NCBI GenBank assembly: GCA_002633005.1 | Contig: NMRA01000023.1 | Location: forward strand, 1,530,689-1,594,688 | DNA from: Phoronis australis | Taxonomy: Eukaryota > Animalia > Phoronida | DNA: 64,000 bases | Reading direction: 5' to 3' | Shown here: positions 51,594 to 64,000 of the stretch, in pieces | Layout: each line of letters begins with the position of its first letter | Numbering within the stretch: the stretch's first letter is position 1 | Notes under the pieces: generated by a model | What the model was told of the DNA's origin: nothing | Seen by the model: only the letters and a program-made list of their open reading frames with translations | Database searches by the model: none | Made by a program: the position numbers and the translations under genes

Positions 51594-51705
51594 CATAAGA
51601 CATAATACTGTTCCAAGCCACCATGATATCCTGGCTCCCATGAGACATGGGCTGAGAACTGGCGTGTGGTCACTGTCAGATTGCGGGGGGCATGCGGAGT
51701 AGTTA
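51594..51705 (-). CDS. IGSF9: IGSF9/turtle homolog, FN3 repeat 1, first half
   Basis: ttgcag|(L)TTPHAPRNLTVTTRQFSAHVSWEPGYHGGLEQYYVL(W)|gtatgt. This frame is not in the ORF track. PHAP and WEPGYxGGxxQ are IGSF9-like. Confidence 0.92.
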
Positions 51706-52821
51706 CTGCAATCAAAATAACCATTTGTTAATGATCTGATCAAACCATATGTAAACGAAGCCCGACTTGTGGGGGAGGAAAGTCATGTTTATTTCAGGGA
51801 ACTATTAATAGTAATTCTCCATTTATTTCACACAAAAATAATTGCTAAAATTTTCCATTTTTACATTTATATACGTTACTGCGAATAATGGAAATTTTAA
51901 CACGAGTTGCTTTTATGATATGTACGCAGCGCAAACCATGGTAGTTGTAGATTTAATAAAATTTTCTTAATTTTCATTTTTGTTGTGCACTAAATAAGTG
52001 AAGATTTACTAAAAATTGTAAACAATCAGAATAATGTTTACACAGATATATACACAGTGCAACTTATTAATTACCCAATACATGATCGTTTGGTAACCAA
52101 CATTCACCTCTGCCTGGATACCCGACAATGCACACCAACTGAATACAGTCGAATACCAGGCAATGACCTTGACACTATTTTTTCTAAAATGGTGGAGCGC
52201 CAGGGCATGCTTAGGAAGCAGATGATAAAACGGTAAGCTCTACTGTGGCCGCATTTACAGCAATGTGAATTATATAGCATGAAACATTCAACCGCTTAAT
52301 GAACCATATAGCCCAGCATCAAAATGACAATATTGAATGGAAACCAGTGTCTTATTCGTCAGCATGGCGTGGAATACACATCATCTGCTAAGCTGGCTAA
52401 TGCCCATTCAGCTGATTTATGTTGCGCAAGATGATACCAACAGAAGTTTCATTACACAAATTAGTTTATTACGCCTAAAATGCTCCATGTTTTCCGTTTC
52501 TACGCACGCCACATCATGGATGATGCTCGGGTTAAGCTCCTGTCTATAATGAGTAAACTGTCTTGTAGAATGCACCACATTACAAACGGTTTTTCAAATT
52601 TTGCCTGGGAAAGGCCTGCCACCACGCATGGGAGGATCTCACATTATACAATGCACTAGAGGTTGGTGTATATATGTATCAAAACATTTTAGAATTAATG
52701 ATGTCACTATGTCACCAACTCCAAGCAGTTTCAGTAAGTTTAGGTAGATAACAATAATGCAAAACTGTTGTTTGATAAATAAATCTGGTTTCCAACAGGT
52801 CCAAGTGATAGAGCCACTTAC

Positions 52822-52972
52822 ATTCAATGATGAGTCGCGTTGACGTGACAACAGTTGTGACCACATTCTCAGCGATACACTCATAGCGGCCATGCTCAGC
52901 TTTGGTCAGGTCACTGATGGTCAGGTTGCCACTGACCAGTTTATGCTTTTCGGGAAGTTCAGAGGAGCCCAC
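52822..52972 (-). CDS. IGSF9: IGSF9/turtle homolog, last Ig domain, second half
   Basis: ttcag|VGSSELPEKHKLVSGNLTISDLTKAEHGRYECIAENVVTTVVTSTRLIIE|gtaagt; HGxYEC as in turtle/IGSF9. Confidence 0.92.
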
Positions 52973-54424
52973 CTGAACAAAATATGAAAGGCATAAGAAT
53001 ATGTTCAACGTCTTAGAAACCATACATGGAATAGAAACGCGGCACGAATGTATTAATATGCATTTAGCATGTGTTATCATAAACTGTGTTTGTACAGAGG
53101 AAACAAACTGTTAATAGCAATAAACCAGCAAACCATGACATTCATTACACATGAAGACTTAAGACAAACAACTTATAAAATGAAAAATTAATGATGTTAC
53201 CAATACGCTAGGCATGAGCTAGCCGCATGCCAGCTCGTCAGCTCGCCATTGGCGAATTCTGAGCGGCACCGGGGATGTTAGAACTAAGTCCAGTCGCCAA
53301 CTTGTAGAATGCTTTCGCAACTTGATAATAAAAATTAATTTCAGGAAACCTACTTGTGTGTCTAATCAGTCAGCTTGTTTTAAGTCACGCCGTTAACGAC
53401 AGTCTTACTACGATTCCGAGCCCTAAACGTAGCAACCAAATGTTGCATTTCATGTCCGTCACTACACCTAAAATCACTATTTTACTGCAACAAAATTTTC
53501 AACTGAGTAGGGGGTGCCAGCACTCTGGGTAACGGCGATTTCTCGCTTCATAGCGAGATCTCGTGTCAAGACGGCTGCGGCTAAAAGAAAGCAATGTGAA
53601 GTAAATATCAATTTGTTACTTAATGAGTTTTATATATTAAATACTTAGTAAATCGTTTATTTTGCAAGCCACAAGTTATGTTAATGTTTCTGGACCTAAA
53701 TCTCTTGCTGATCAAAATAACCACGTGGCTGGCATACCCCTGCCGTAGCACAGGGACAGAGGGTGAATCCCTGCCTATTTTAAGGTCAACATCAATGAAA
53801 TGCGTAATCCTGGGATAGGGGGAACTTCTGCCCAATTTTTAGGTCAATGTCATGCCCATGTGGCCAGCATACCCAGCCGTAACCTGGGGGTAGGGAGAAA
53901 GTATTTGGCTAATGATTTGTGAAAATGGTTAAAAGTTTTCAGACGCTTTAGCCATTATGGCAAATGCCTTTAAAAGTCTAGCGCGAGTTTAGAATACGTG
54001 TGCATATTTAAAATAAGAGGCACACCCCGGACTGAAGCAGGTAGACATTATCCAATGATCAGCCGACAAACTGTGGTCAAGAAGTCGGCCAGGTGACTGA
54101 ATAATTTTAATTTTACCTTGGCCCTACGTTGAACTGATTGGTGATAGCCAACACTAACAAATGGTGAGCACAATTAAAATATCAGCTCAAAATTACTAAC
54201 TTTTTACACACGCTGAACTACACCTAACACATAAGACCTGGTTAGTGCTTACATCAAGTTAACTACCTACTACAAATTTCAAAAAATCTTAATCAAACGC
54301 CATGTGCTGTCATATTTAGCTAATTGCCCGCCAGCTCCACGAATTGTTTCTCAAATTAAATGCTCCAAACTGTCAGTAGCACTGGCATTGGAGCACTCAC
54401 TAAATATATGAATTAATAACTGAC

Positions 54425-54540
54425 CTTTCTCCAACTCACAACAGGTGAAGGGTCGCCCGTGGCAACACAAGGAAAAGTGACAGACTGTCCAAGTTGTCTT
54501 TGGTATATATTGTCCGGCCTTACCAGGAAATAGGGCAGAT
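54425..54540 (-). CDS. IGSF9: IGSF9/turtle homolog, last Ig domain, first half
   Basis: ttttag|DLPYFLVRPDNIYQRQLGQSVTFPCVATGDPSPVVSWRK|gtcagt. Confidence 0.92.
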
Positions 54541-56189
54541 CTAAAACAGACGTATTAAGTGTGATCTCAATAATCAACCGACAATTGTTGACAAACAGTA
54601 ACACGTCAAAGGTAAGCGGGCAAAATGTTATGTAACATGAAGTCCCCGTCTGCTGAACGCGAGTGAGATTCATCACAATTCCTTATCAGATAAACGCAAG
54701 TGGAATTCATCGTCATAGTAATGCCTTTTGTGACTTGGAATAGTGAGGAATTAAACGGGGAGAAATAAGAAAGAAAATTAATGCTTTTTATAATTAGGAT
54801 TTTGCTGCAACGCCAAGACATGACAGGTCAAATCCATCACTTTCGTTTCAACAGGAATTAGTCACAGTGATTGGAAAAGAGCATTTTGTCAGAATTATTT
54901 GGGCTGTACTAATAGAGCAGTTTCTCTCCAGAGAGTTGTTGTCATGGTAACAGTATTATTATCACCATGGTGACCATTTATTTCTGAACTTCATTTTCCA
55001 AGTCTGTAAGATTTTAAAAATATCATATTTATCTTTTTGGAAAAGTAAGTATAGAAATATGCACCTGCAAGATCTATCAACTGAAATATGCCATTAAGTT
55101 CTTCTCTATTAAAATGCCAATTATTGAACTTAAATTTCAAAACAAAATACAATGAACACTTTATGCATGTGGTACATAATCTTCTTTTGTTAAAATTAAT
55201 TATACATTTCCAACCTCAAAGATAACCCATTTTCTGGCATATTTCACAAACATAATTTATTAATCAAATCATGTTCATCAGGTAACCAAGTTAAATTATT
55301 GATGACTTTGGGTGATAATTGTCACACAAAACAGGTTATGACCTTTAAGTTTCAATACACAAGTTGGATTTAACAGTGATGATGGGGGAAGTCAGCAACA
55401 GTTTCTACTGGCCAATAAATTACCTATATAAAAATTTGTTCATTATAGATCAAAAATACAGCGGAGCAGTAAAATGTTTTATTTTTAAAAATTACCTTCA
55501 GTTGAGACATCTAGATATTCCTGATCTAGTTTTGCATCTTTATATTTAAATTTTGCGACGCACCACAAAAATCGAGTCTTCAAATGACCCAAATTTTAAT
55601 TTGCTTCTTTTCAATATTACTTCAAACCAAAGTTAGATAAAATAAGGATGAAACAAATCATTACACAAAAATAACACCAGATGGCACTAAATTCTAAATG
55701 CAACATAAGAGTGTTGACATAACTCCATTTTTGTGATGACGACAAACTAAATCAAAACATTCGACACTGGCTTACGTGTGAAATAGCATGTCCCATGGTA
55801 ATAGTCATATTAGCAAGGTAATCGTCATTATCACTTGAACTGCGCTCAATATCTCTTTAACTGTTTGATGTTTGAAGATGACTTTGAACAGACACTTCAA
55901 AGAACTTACATCATAAACTACATCAACTTATTTATGCTGATTGAAGTGGTGATACTCTGCTTACAGGCAGGCAGATGAGAATCAGACATTCAGTACAACT
56001 TGTTATGTAAACCAATAGTACAGTGCTTATTGTATGTCATATGTGGTAAGCTAAAGAATCAGGCATTTGCCATTGAGTAAAGCAACAGATTCTGAAAGAA
56101 GAATTGTTGAAGTCAGGAGCTGAGAACATTATCACATTTTTGGGTCTGGGATCGTAATGAAGAAGATTGTCAATGATTGTTTACATATA

Positions 56190-56892
56190 AGGCCTTTCCC
56201 ACTGCCTGTCAATGGGAACACTTACCTTCGGTCTTGAATTGAAGTTAACAGTACAAGCTAACTCCAAAGTAAAAAGATGCATTTAGCAGCAAAACGTCGA
56301 AGTTTTGTTACAATGTGAACACTTAATTCAATGACATAGGAATTATCAGCAGGGTCACTGCCTTCATCTGCCAACAGCAGTGACTAGTTACTATTTGTTA
56401 ATATTCTATTTTGATTATCATTATTAGAACAGTATTATAAGCATTCTGTTTCAATTTATCCACATATTTGCTGGATTCTTTACATAAAAAATAACAGCAC
56501 ATATAGTGTACACAAAACGAGTTCCTGCCATGCCATACCGCCTTTGGATATTCTGTTACCCTGCTCAAGCACCAAATTTTTATATATATATATATAGATA
56601 TATATCATTTTCTAGTACATGATCATAGTCTCAACGTGCCAACCGTTGGCTGCCTTGTGAAGTTGACGCTCTAGGTTCCATCTGCAGAGAGGGAGAGGTC
56701 CCTACCATTTTTGATGGCAAGCACTATCAAGATCATATGATCAAAGATCACAATGGTGTCACCTTGCGATAAATTCTGAACTATAACTCCGAAGATGATG
56801 GGAACACTGATGCTTAACTTCGCTGTTAACCACAGTTAACATCTGATTCAAAGCTTTGGTAGCAGCAAAGTTAAGTGTATGGTAAAGAGCCT
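56190..56892. mobile_element. ~700-bp MITE, copy 2
   Basis: Shares long blocks with 9538-10225 (cttcggtcttgaat, tcaatttatccacatatttgct, aagttgacgctctag, gatgatgggaacact, gctgttaaccacagttaac). Confidence 0.75.
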
Positions 56893-57486
56893 GGAGACAA
56901 CACCTGCTAAGTAATTCATGGTAGGGGCTCTTTGGGCTTTCAACGGTATGTACATCATTTATTTGACCAGTCAGCCAACACACTGGGGATGGATTTTGAA
57001 AAAAATTCCAGCACTTTAAGAATGAAAAAAGAAATAATTGATTGCATTTTGGGAAAGATATTTTGTTTTGCAGTCATACAATATGGTATTTTTAATGCAG
57101 CAAAACAATCAACAAACATCATTGCGAATGTCATGCGTTTGTAAGCTGTGTCTTAGCTGTTATCTTTATACTAATTCTGTGGACAAAATCTGATACATAG
57201 TTCAGAACAAGTAACATTTTATTTCAGTCACACTGGTCACAAATTGTGGAAGGTAGCAAAATTCAAACGAAGGCAACTGAGGTATTTTATCATTCTTGAT
57301 TGATGGACGACACTAACGAGAAATTAGAGGGAAAAATGCTGACCATACATTACGCCTTTTTGTAATTCAATTAAGCAGTCTCTTCAATTAACACAGTTAC
57401 GGTAAATAATTCAAGAATCTCCTCCAATGTAATACTTGACATTTTGGGATGGAAACATCTTGCATAATTCCATCACTGAATACCAT

Positions 57487-57624
57487 GAACACAATAGAAG
57501 TGAATCTGATCGCTGCTGTGAACACAATAGAAGTGAGTCTGATCACTGCTGTGAACACAATAGAAGTGAATCTGATCATTGCTGTAAACACAATAGTGAG
57601 TCTGATCATTGCTGTGAACACAAT
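57487..57624. repeat. 33-bp tandem repeat x4
   Basis: Unit gaacacaatagaagtgaatctgatcattgctgt-like. Confidence 0.9.
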
Positions 57625-58935
57625 TAATTAGTCTACAGCAAAAACTCTTCTGTTTAGGACACAAAATGGCGGACAGGTGAAATCCTTTTTCAGGAAGATT
57701 CACTTTACTTTTAGCACAGTTTGTATGGCATAGCTATAACCGAACAATGTTTGATAAAATGTTGAGCATTTACAATAATGTGGTAAGCCTCTGTAATGGT
57801 GAAATAATTATGGTAATTTTACCATTTTTCTGTTCCAAATTGCAAACTTTTTATCATAATACAAAAAAAGAAACTGCAGTCAGGCAGAAGTGCAGCACAC
57901 CTGACTGGTTAAAATGATCAAAACAGAAAAAAAAATTGTTGCCACTTAAATTACATCAAAATAGTGACTTTCCCAAAATGTGTCAAAAAGCAAAGTCATC
58001 AGAATGCCATGAGTAAACATGACACAACAAACCAATAGCCCAGGGAGAATTGAATAATAAAGACCTGCACTAAAGTGCTGTTTACATTACAAAAGTTGAC
58101 ATCGATCAGCTGACATGGAACGAGATGAGAGATGATCGAATGCAAGTATGTGTGTAAACAGGACTGACCTGGAGCAAATTGACACCGCGATGACAACTTT
58201 TGCCACCCATTTGTGAGATAGAACAATTTGCTCCATGTCAACTATATGTCAACACGCAAAACTGTGGCAAGGCGTATGGGACCATCTCTATTACACTTGC
58301 ACAAAAATGCACATGTATGCAGGTTATCATTTCCGTGCAATTTTTATGATTTGTCAGTCAGCTGTTCAGTGCCAGCCTGACCACCATTTATTTTGTTAAG
58401 ATATTGTCAGAAAATTTGTAAAATGTCAAAATTGTTTCCGTCGATTCTATGGAATCATGCACGGTGATGCAAGTTTACAAAATGACAAGATGACTCTCAA
58501 AACAGGCTCCAAATTTTTGCAAATGATATTTTCCAACAGAAGGTGGAACTTCAAAGCTGGCAGACTGCCAGTATTATGTACTGAGCTCATGCTGATGTTG
58601 AGTGTTCAAAGCGTTTTTGGCAGCATCGCAGCAGTTTTCCCGACGATCATTGAATTTTTAGCCCAATGAAGTACGAGGAGGCTTGAAATCATGTCTAGAT
58701 GGCCTAGTGGAGCCGACACGACAGTCTAATTGAGACAACTAGGAATTAAACCATATCCACAGTAATAGCAAGAAATGTTCCCCAGAGCTATGAAACACCA
58801 AAATCAACAGTTTTTTGTGATTTTAATACAAATTGCCAATTCCTGCCAATGTCTGCCAGACATTCGCTGAAATCAAGGCCAATGACTTTACTACCAAAAT
58901 AACTAACATAATCTGCAATCTGCCACTTATAGTGA

Positions 58936-59010
58936 TGGATTTAGCTAGGCAAGCAGAGTATTAGATTGTGACCTCAAGGTTCCAGGTTCGAATCTGCGCT
59001 GAGGCAGATT
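58936..59010 (+). mobile_element. tRNA-derived SINE head or tRNA pseudogene
   Basis: TAGCT A-box-like start and B-box GGTTCGAATC at tRNA-like spacing; stems degenerate. Confidence 0.5.
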
Positions 59011-59062
59011 CATAAACCCCTTTCTCACCAATAATGTCCCAATAAACAAGAAAACCTCTCAC

Positions 59063-59344
59063 CTCTGACTGTCACTTGTACGTTGTGTTCAGTTGAACCT
59101 TGACCCTTGTCACTGTATGGTATACATTTGTAGAAACCAGCATCGCCATCATTGATATTGATAATCTGTAGCGACCAATCTGGCAGTATGCGGTACTTCT
59201 TGCCTTGAGAGTTCAGTAGTTTACCATCTTTCCTCCACTCCACCATTGTGACAGGTGGGTTGCCCTTAGCAGGGCACGGGATCTTGTCGGTCAGGCCTCG
59301 GGGCAAAAATTCACGTGGTACCTGCCCGTCAACGTACGCCATAT
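59063..59344 (-). CDS. IGSF9: IGSF9/turtle homolog, Ig-domain exon
   Basis: ttcag|..MAYVDGQVPREFLPRGLTDKIPCPAKGNPPVTMVEWRKDGK...DAGFYKCIPYSDKGQG...VQVTVR|gtgag; canonical Ig C-W-DxGxYxC pattern; phase 1/1. Confidence 0.9.
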
Positions 59345-60321
59345 CTGAACAAACAACAAAGAGGAAGACTAATGATAGTAACGAAGACATCGTAGCACGA
59401 GTGTTAAGTTGAGATACGGTCCCACCCAGGCCTCATATGCAGTCTCGTCGTAGTACGTGCGTTATGTTGTGCTACGGTCCCACCCAGGCCTCATGTGCAG
59501 TCTCCTGGTATTGTGCTGACCTAAACCACTCTATCACGTCAGCAACAAAATGCGATGACTGCCTTGCTCATGGCATTCCTTCACATCCACTGTAAAAACT
59601 CTGCACTCGGAAAAAAACGCCAACTTTAAGAACACCTTCGTAAAATATTAATAAACACAACTAATTAAATGTCACACAACCGTCAGGTGAGTGCATACTT
59701 TCGGCCACACAAAGGCACTCTGCACACAAACATATCAGTCAATTCACTAAAAAATCCTGCGTTAATATCCATCAACAAAAATTTCCTTCTGTCTAATATG
59801 AACTCCTTCCTAAGCCATTACAATTAGTCTCTGGAGTATTGTCATCTTCAATGGCATCTCTTAACCTTGGGTACAATAATTTTTTAATGACGGCCACAGA
59901 TTGCAAGTATGACGAGACACACCAATGTTCACACAAGTTACCAACTAACAGTCACATCTGAACCTTACCGTAGAAAAGCAGTATCCAATATTAGATTAAG
60001 AGCCGTGAATTAAATAAACACAAAACCTGGCAAGCTGCTATTGGTCGGTTAGCGACAAATCGGATCAACAGGATCAGTCAATTGTGATGGGTAACTTATA
60101 AAATATAAATCAAAAAATGGAATTAAGCATTAATTAACAAAAACTAGGTAAAGTAAACCAAAGAAAACTATGTGGTAACATTTCAGCAACATAAGGCATA
60201 ATACAGAGGACAACTGAAAATCACCTCTTCACTTTCTCACAAAGATTAAGTACAATTAATATATCAGTGCATTAGTAGTCTGAATTTCTATTCTAACAGC
60301 AGAGAATGTTAGAAAAAATGA

Positions 60322-60501
60322 GGACTATAGCATTCACAATAATGATAGAAGTGTTTGAGTGTTCAAGGTCTGGACCATAGCATTCACAGCAATGTTAGAA
60401 GTGTTTGAGTGTTCAAGGTCTGGACCATAGCATTCACAGCAATGTTAGAAGTGTTTGAGTGTTCAAGGTCTGGACCATAGCATTCACAGCAATGTTAGAA
60501 G
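60322..60501. repeat. 50-bp tandem repeat x3.6
   Basis: Unit ggaccatagcattcacagcaatgttagaagtgtttgagtgttcaaggtct. Confidence 0.9.
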
Positions 60502-63500
60502 CCAATTGCAAATTTCTATTTTCGTCCAAAATTGAAGACCTAATCAAAATTTTACTTAGGTCAAATAATGTGACACCTGTGAGCAAAGCTAAATTATCAC
60601 CTGATTTTTTAAACTAAGCAGAACTTTTCTTTTGGTATACACTTTATGGTAAAAGTAAATTTTACCATTTGATACAAAATCATTAAATGGTTGTATTAAC
60701 ACAACTGTAGTATACCAAATTATTTTCAAAATGTGTTCATTTACAAAATAAGTCTTTTAGAATCGAGATGAAGAAACACAGGTTGGCTTCCGAAAAATTC
60801 TCACTCTGGTCAACTCGCCCATACAGCCTCTAAACATTTGAAAAGGTTAAGAGAAACTAGTGCAATGCAGATTTATCAATACATCTACAAGAATTTTAAT
60901 ATGGCAATGGCATACTTATTATCACCCATGTATTAAATTCACAATTATTAAAATGATGACATAATGCACAGGTAGGTTACGCTTACAAGAGACTTATTAT
61001 GAACTTGTCATAAGACAACAAAAACCCTTCATGAAGAGAAAGCTTCAACCTTCTTGAAGTCTTTCCACATTTCATAAAATTAAGTGTCCACTTCCAACAA
61101 GAAAAGTTCGTATTTTCTGAATCCTTAATGACCGAAAAATCTCAATTCAGGACTTAAAACGTCGCGTGATTGTTTTTAATCAAATGACTGCCATTTTTGT
61201 ACAAAATCAAATGGCTGCCATTTTGATGAAAATAGTCAAACCTTAAACTGCAGTCATTTTTCTGTTTGAACTTTAGATTTATTCTTAGGTACTGTCAATA
61301 CATTGGTAAACGTGTTGGATTTTTTTAATTACCCTAAAAAACGGGCCTTCTTTTAAAAATGTCCCAAGTATTAATTTTGACAGATGACTGCTGTTGAGAG
61401 GAGAATAAAAAACATGAGCAGAAGATTGCTCAGCCATAGACCATAAAGTGTGCACTAAAGAGAAATCAGTGTACAAAACTAATAAAAGCCATGAAATTCA
61501 AAAGCCTGAAAATGTATGATTAAGATTTCCCTAGACAAGAATTGTAATTTTGAAAAACAATGTCAACAAATATTCATCATTAAATCTTAGTGACTTCGTT
61601 TAAGTCTGCATATTTAGCAAAATATTTGTAAAACTTTAGGTGTTAACTCAGTAAAAAGATAGTATTTTTCGAAAGAATTCAATTTTTTACTTTTTACCAT
61701 TCTGCCATTAATAGTGTAACATGATCATGTCGTTTAAATAAAATTATGGGAAAAAGGCAACATTTGTAGCAAAACAATGGAATTTTGTTTGATGTTAATG
61801 TTCAAGATAGGATCTCAAAAAAATTGCTACACTTTTTAAAAATAATTTGCTTTTCAAAAATAATTGCAGACGGTCTGATATGCCCAGACCGCGCATGTGG
61901 GCCCATTGCACTAATCACCTGGAACCATTTTTATGCTTTATCAATATACAGTTAAAACCAAGCTGAGGACATAGAAACCTGACTCAAGGGTCTGGCAGTG
62001 TGACCCAGTGGGACTCCAGCCCACGACACTGAGTGAAGAAAGTGGGCACATATCAAACTAGGCCAGTTAAAATCGGCAATAATTTGCTTTCATTTTATGC
62101 GTTTTATGAAAATCATAAAAGTACAGTTTTTTGATAACCCCTCGTGCAAAAGTGAAACATTTTAAAAACAAAATTGGACTGTGTTTTGAGGAACTATGCA
62201 TTAAAGTATAGAATCTGAAACATTCACATAAATCCGATCAGGCATTTCTGTAACATGATGTTCCAAAATTAGCCAAATTTGGACACTTTTCTAATCTCCT
62301 ACATAACCTTAAATTGAAGTTTCACATGAATCCTAGCAAAGGGTCGTTAGTGATGATCGTTGTCGAATAGCTTATTGACTTAACCAGAACTGTTTCTCTT
62401 CAAAAGGGCAAGTGGTTAGGCTAACTTACACCACGTAACAAGGTTAACTTCAGCTCATAATTGGCCAATGTGCTAATGACTTCAGTAGGACTACAGCCAG
62501 TCAATAATAGACCAGTAATTTAAGTGGAACAGTTCTCAACAAAAACAAAGAAGGATGATTAGTTTTCTGCGAAACTGATAAAGGAAGTCTCTTCAACAAA
62601 AATTTTGTAACTCTTTTTGCACTCTTCAGCTAATAGTTTTAGTGATTTCAATCCGGGATGCATTCCATTGACGCATGACACTCAGGAGATTCCTTGTAAA
62701 CTGAATGGGAAACTGGGAATACCATTTGAAGTCAGAGCTTACTACCACAATTAAAGATTGCCCAGTTGTTTCAGCGGCAGCTATTTTGCTAGTGCACACA
62801 AGTAATGTCCTAAGGTGGCATTGAACAGTTAGGCTGCGGCCGCGGCCAATTTGCACTTCCAAAACATTAAAATTTTGGGGTAGGCCAAGTTTGAGGGCAT
62901 TTTGTAAGCAGGCATTGCATGTAGGCTGTAGGCTCAGTGAATGTGGTTTGTTTGTATTTTTGAACATGCTGAGAATGAAAAAAGGCCACTTTCTCGGCTG
63001 TAGCTGCACTCTTCTTCAAGATGGTGGCCCCTGTTGCAATTGCTGTGTAGCAACCGTGAAATTGGCCATGATTTCAGGTAGCCCTCAAATAAACCAGATT
63101 TGAAAAAACACTAGTTGGTTGACAGTGCATTTGGACCACATTTTTGGAATTGGTAGGAAATTTGCTTTCAGAATCTTATGTTGGCTTTAGTCGAGCATCG
63201 GCAGGGAAGTGGTGGTTTTGGGGTCAAAAGTGCCGATTTTGCATTTTTTTGCCCTTATTTTTCATAGTCTAGCTTGGTTTTCACTGGGAGTGAAAGGGTC
63301 AAAAATACAAGAGAGTACAAAGTTTCTGTGCTCATCTGTAAGGCTTGTGATGTGAAATGACTCAAAACTTTTCTTTATGTGCATGCTGTTTTTGACGGAG
63401 TGAAGAAAGTGCGAAGAGTCCATTGACGTGTGTTGTGACAGGCATACCCCTTGAGAACTGTTCTGTGCCTCCTAAGCTTCTTGAGACACTAGACAATTGA

Positions 63501-64000
63501 CCTATCACCAGGATTTTGAGTGACGGCTTAACTGACCATTTAGATCGCAGCATTATTGACACACCTTCGTTTCCAAGCCGTCATTTTACCCGACAAACAA
63601 TACGTTGCCGGGTAACACTTATTGTCTGTTACTCGACATTACGCAAGGGGGTGGAGCTTGCGATAGGTCAATTTACATGGTCCTGTATGATCTGGTTCTT
63701 CATGCAAGAACAAGCTCAGAGGAGCCTAGCCCACTACTCACATTTCATAACTGGGGGTCAAAGGTCACCTGGGACAAGGTCAACAACTGATGTACTTTTT
63801 GAGCCACTTTACTTACCACCAATATCAGAGTACTAAAAATGAATTACGAAAAAATTGTTCCAATTCTTGACAAAAGTAACTGCCAACGTTACACTTTTTT
63901 CATTTTCAAGGACATCTAACACTGTAGTGACTGCCTGCAAATATTGTCACATGGCAGCTGTGGTACAAATCTTGAATATGGAAACCATTTAATTTGGCGC

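Noticed and set aside
58936-59010. Functional tRNA gene
   Set aside because: The B-box is present but the acceptor and D stems do not pair; treated as a SINE head or pseudogene.
63816-63832. Possible 16-nt IGSF9 microexon (tttttag|...|gtaagt on minus)
   Set aside because: Splice-like words only; length not a multiple of three; cannot be supported without transcripts.

Overview
This is AT-rich, repeat-rich animal genomic DNA from a draft assembly with four N-gaps. It is an invertebrate, probably a marine deuterostome such as a hemichordate (inferred, not proven). It carries three spliced genes and one nested gene. (1) REXO2 oligoribonuclease lies on the minus strand; five coding exons are found at 14336->2040 and the last exon is apparently left of the window. 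(2) An RBM7/RBM11-family RRM gene lies on the plus strand (14487-19981), head-to-head with REXO2 with only 150 bp between start codons. (3) The 3' part of an IGSF9/turtle Ig-FN3 receptor lies on the minus strand (11 exons, 59344->27539). (4) An intact, intronless 237-aa PHYHIP C-terminal-domain-only gene is nested antisense in REXO2 intron 2 (8421-9134); its motif order is reminiscent of R-S-E ADP-ribosyltransferases, and it is the best novelty candidate here. The RBM7 intron holds a TTAA-flanked Kolobok-like transposon interrupted by a hAT element with a 5-bp TSD. A Helentron-like repeat family carries phased arrays of CTCF-consensus motifs. There are also MITEs, palindromes, SINE heads, many minisatellites and two gap-flanking duplications that look like uncollapsed haplotypes. 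All family assignments come from reading and recalling sequences; no database search was run. Repeat boundaries are approximate.
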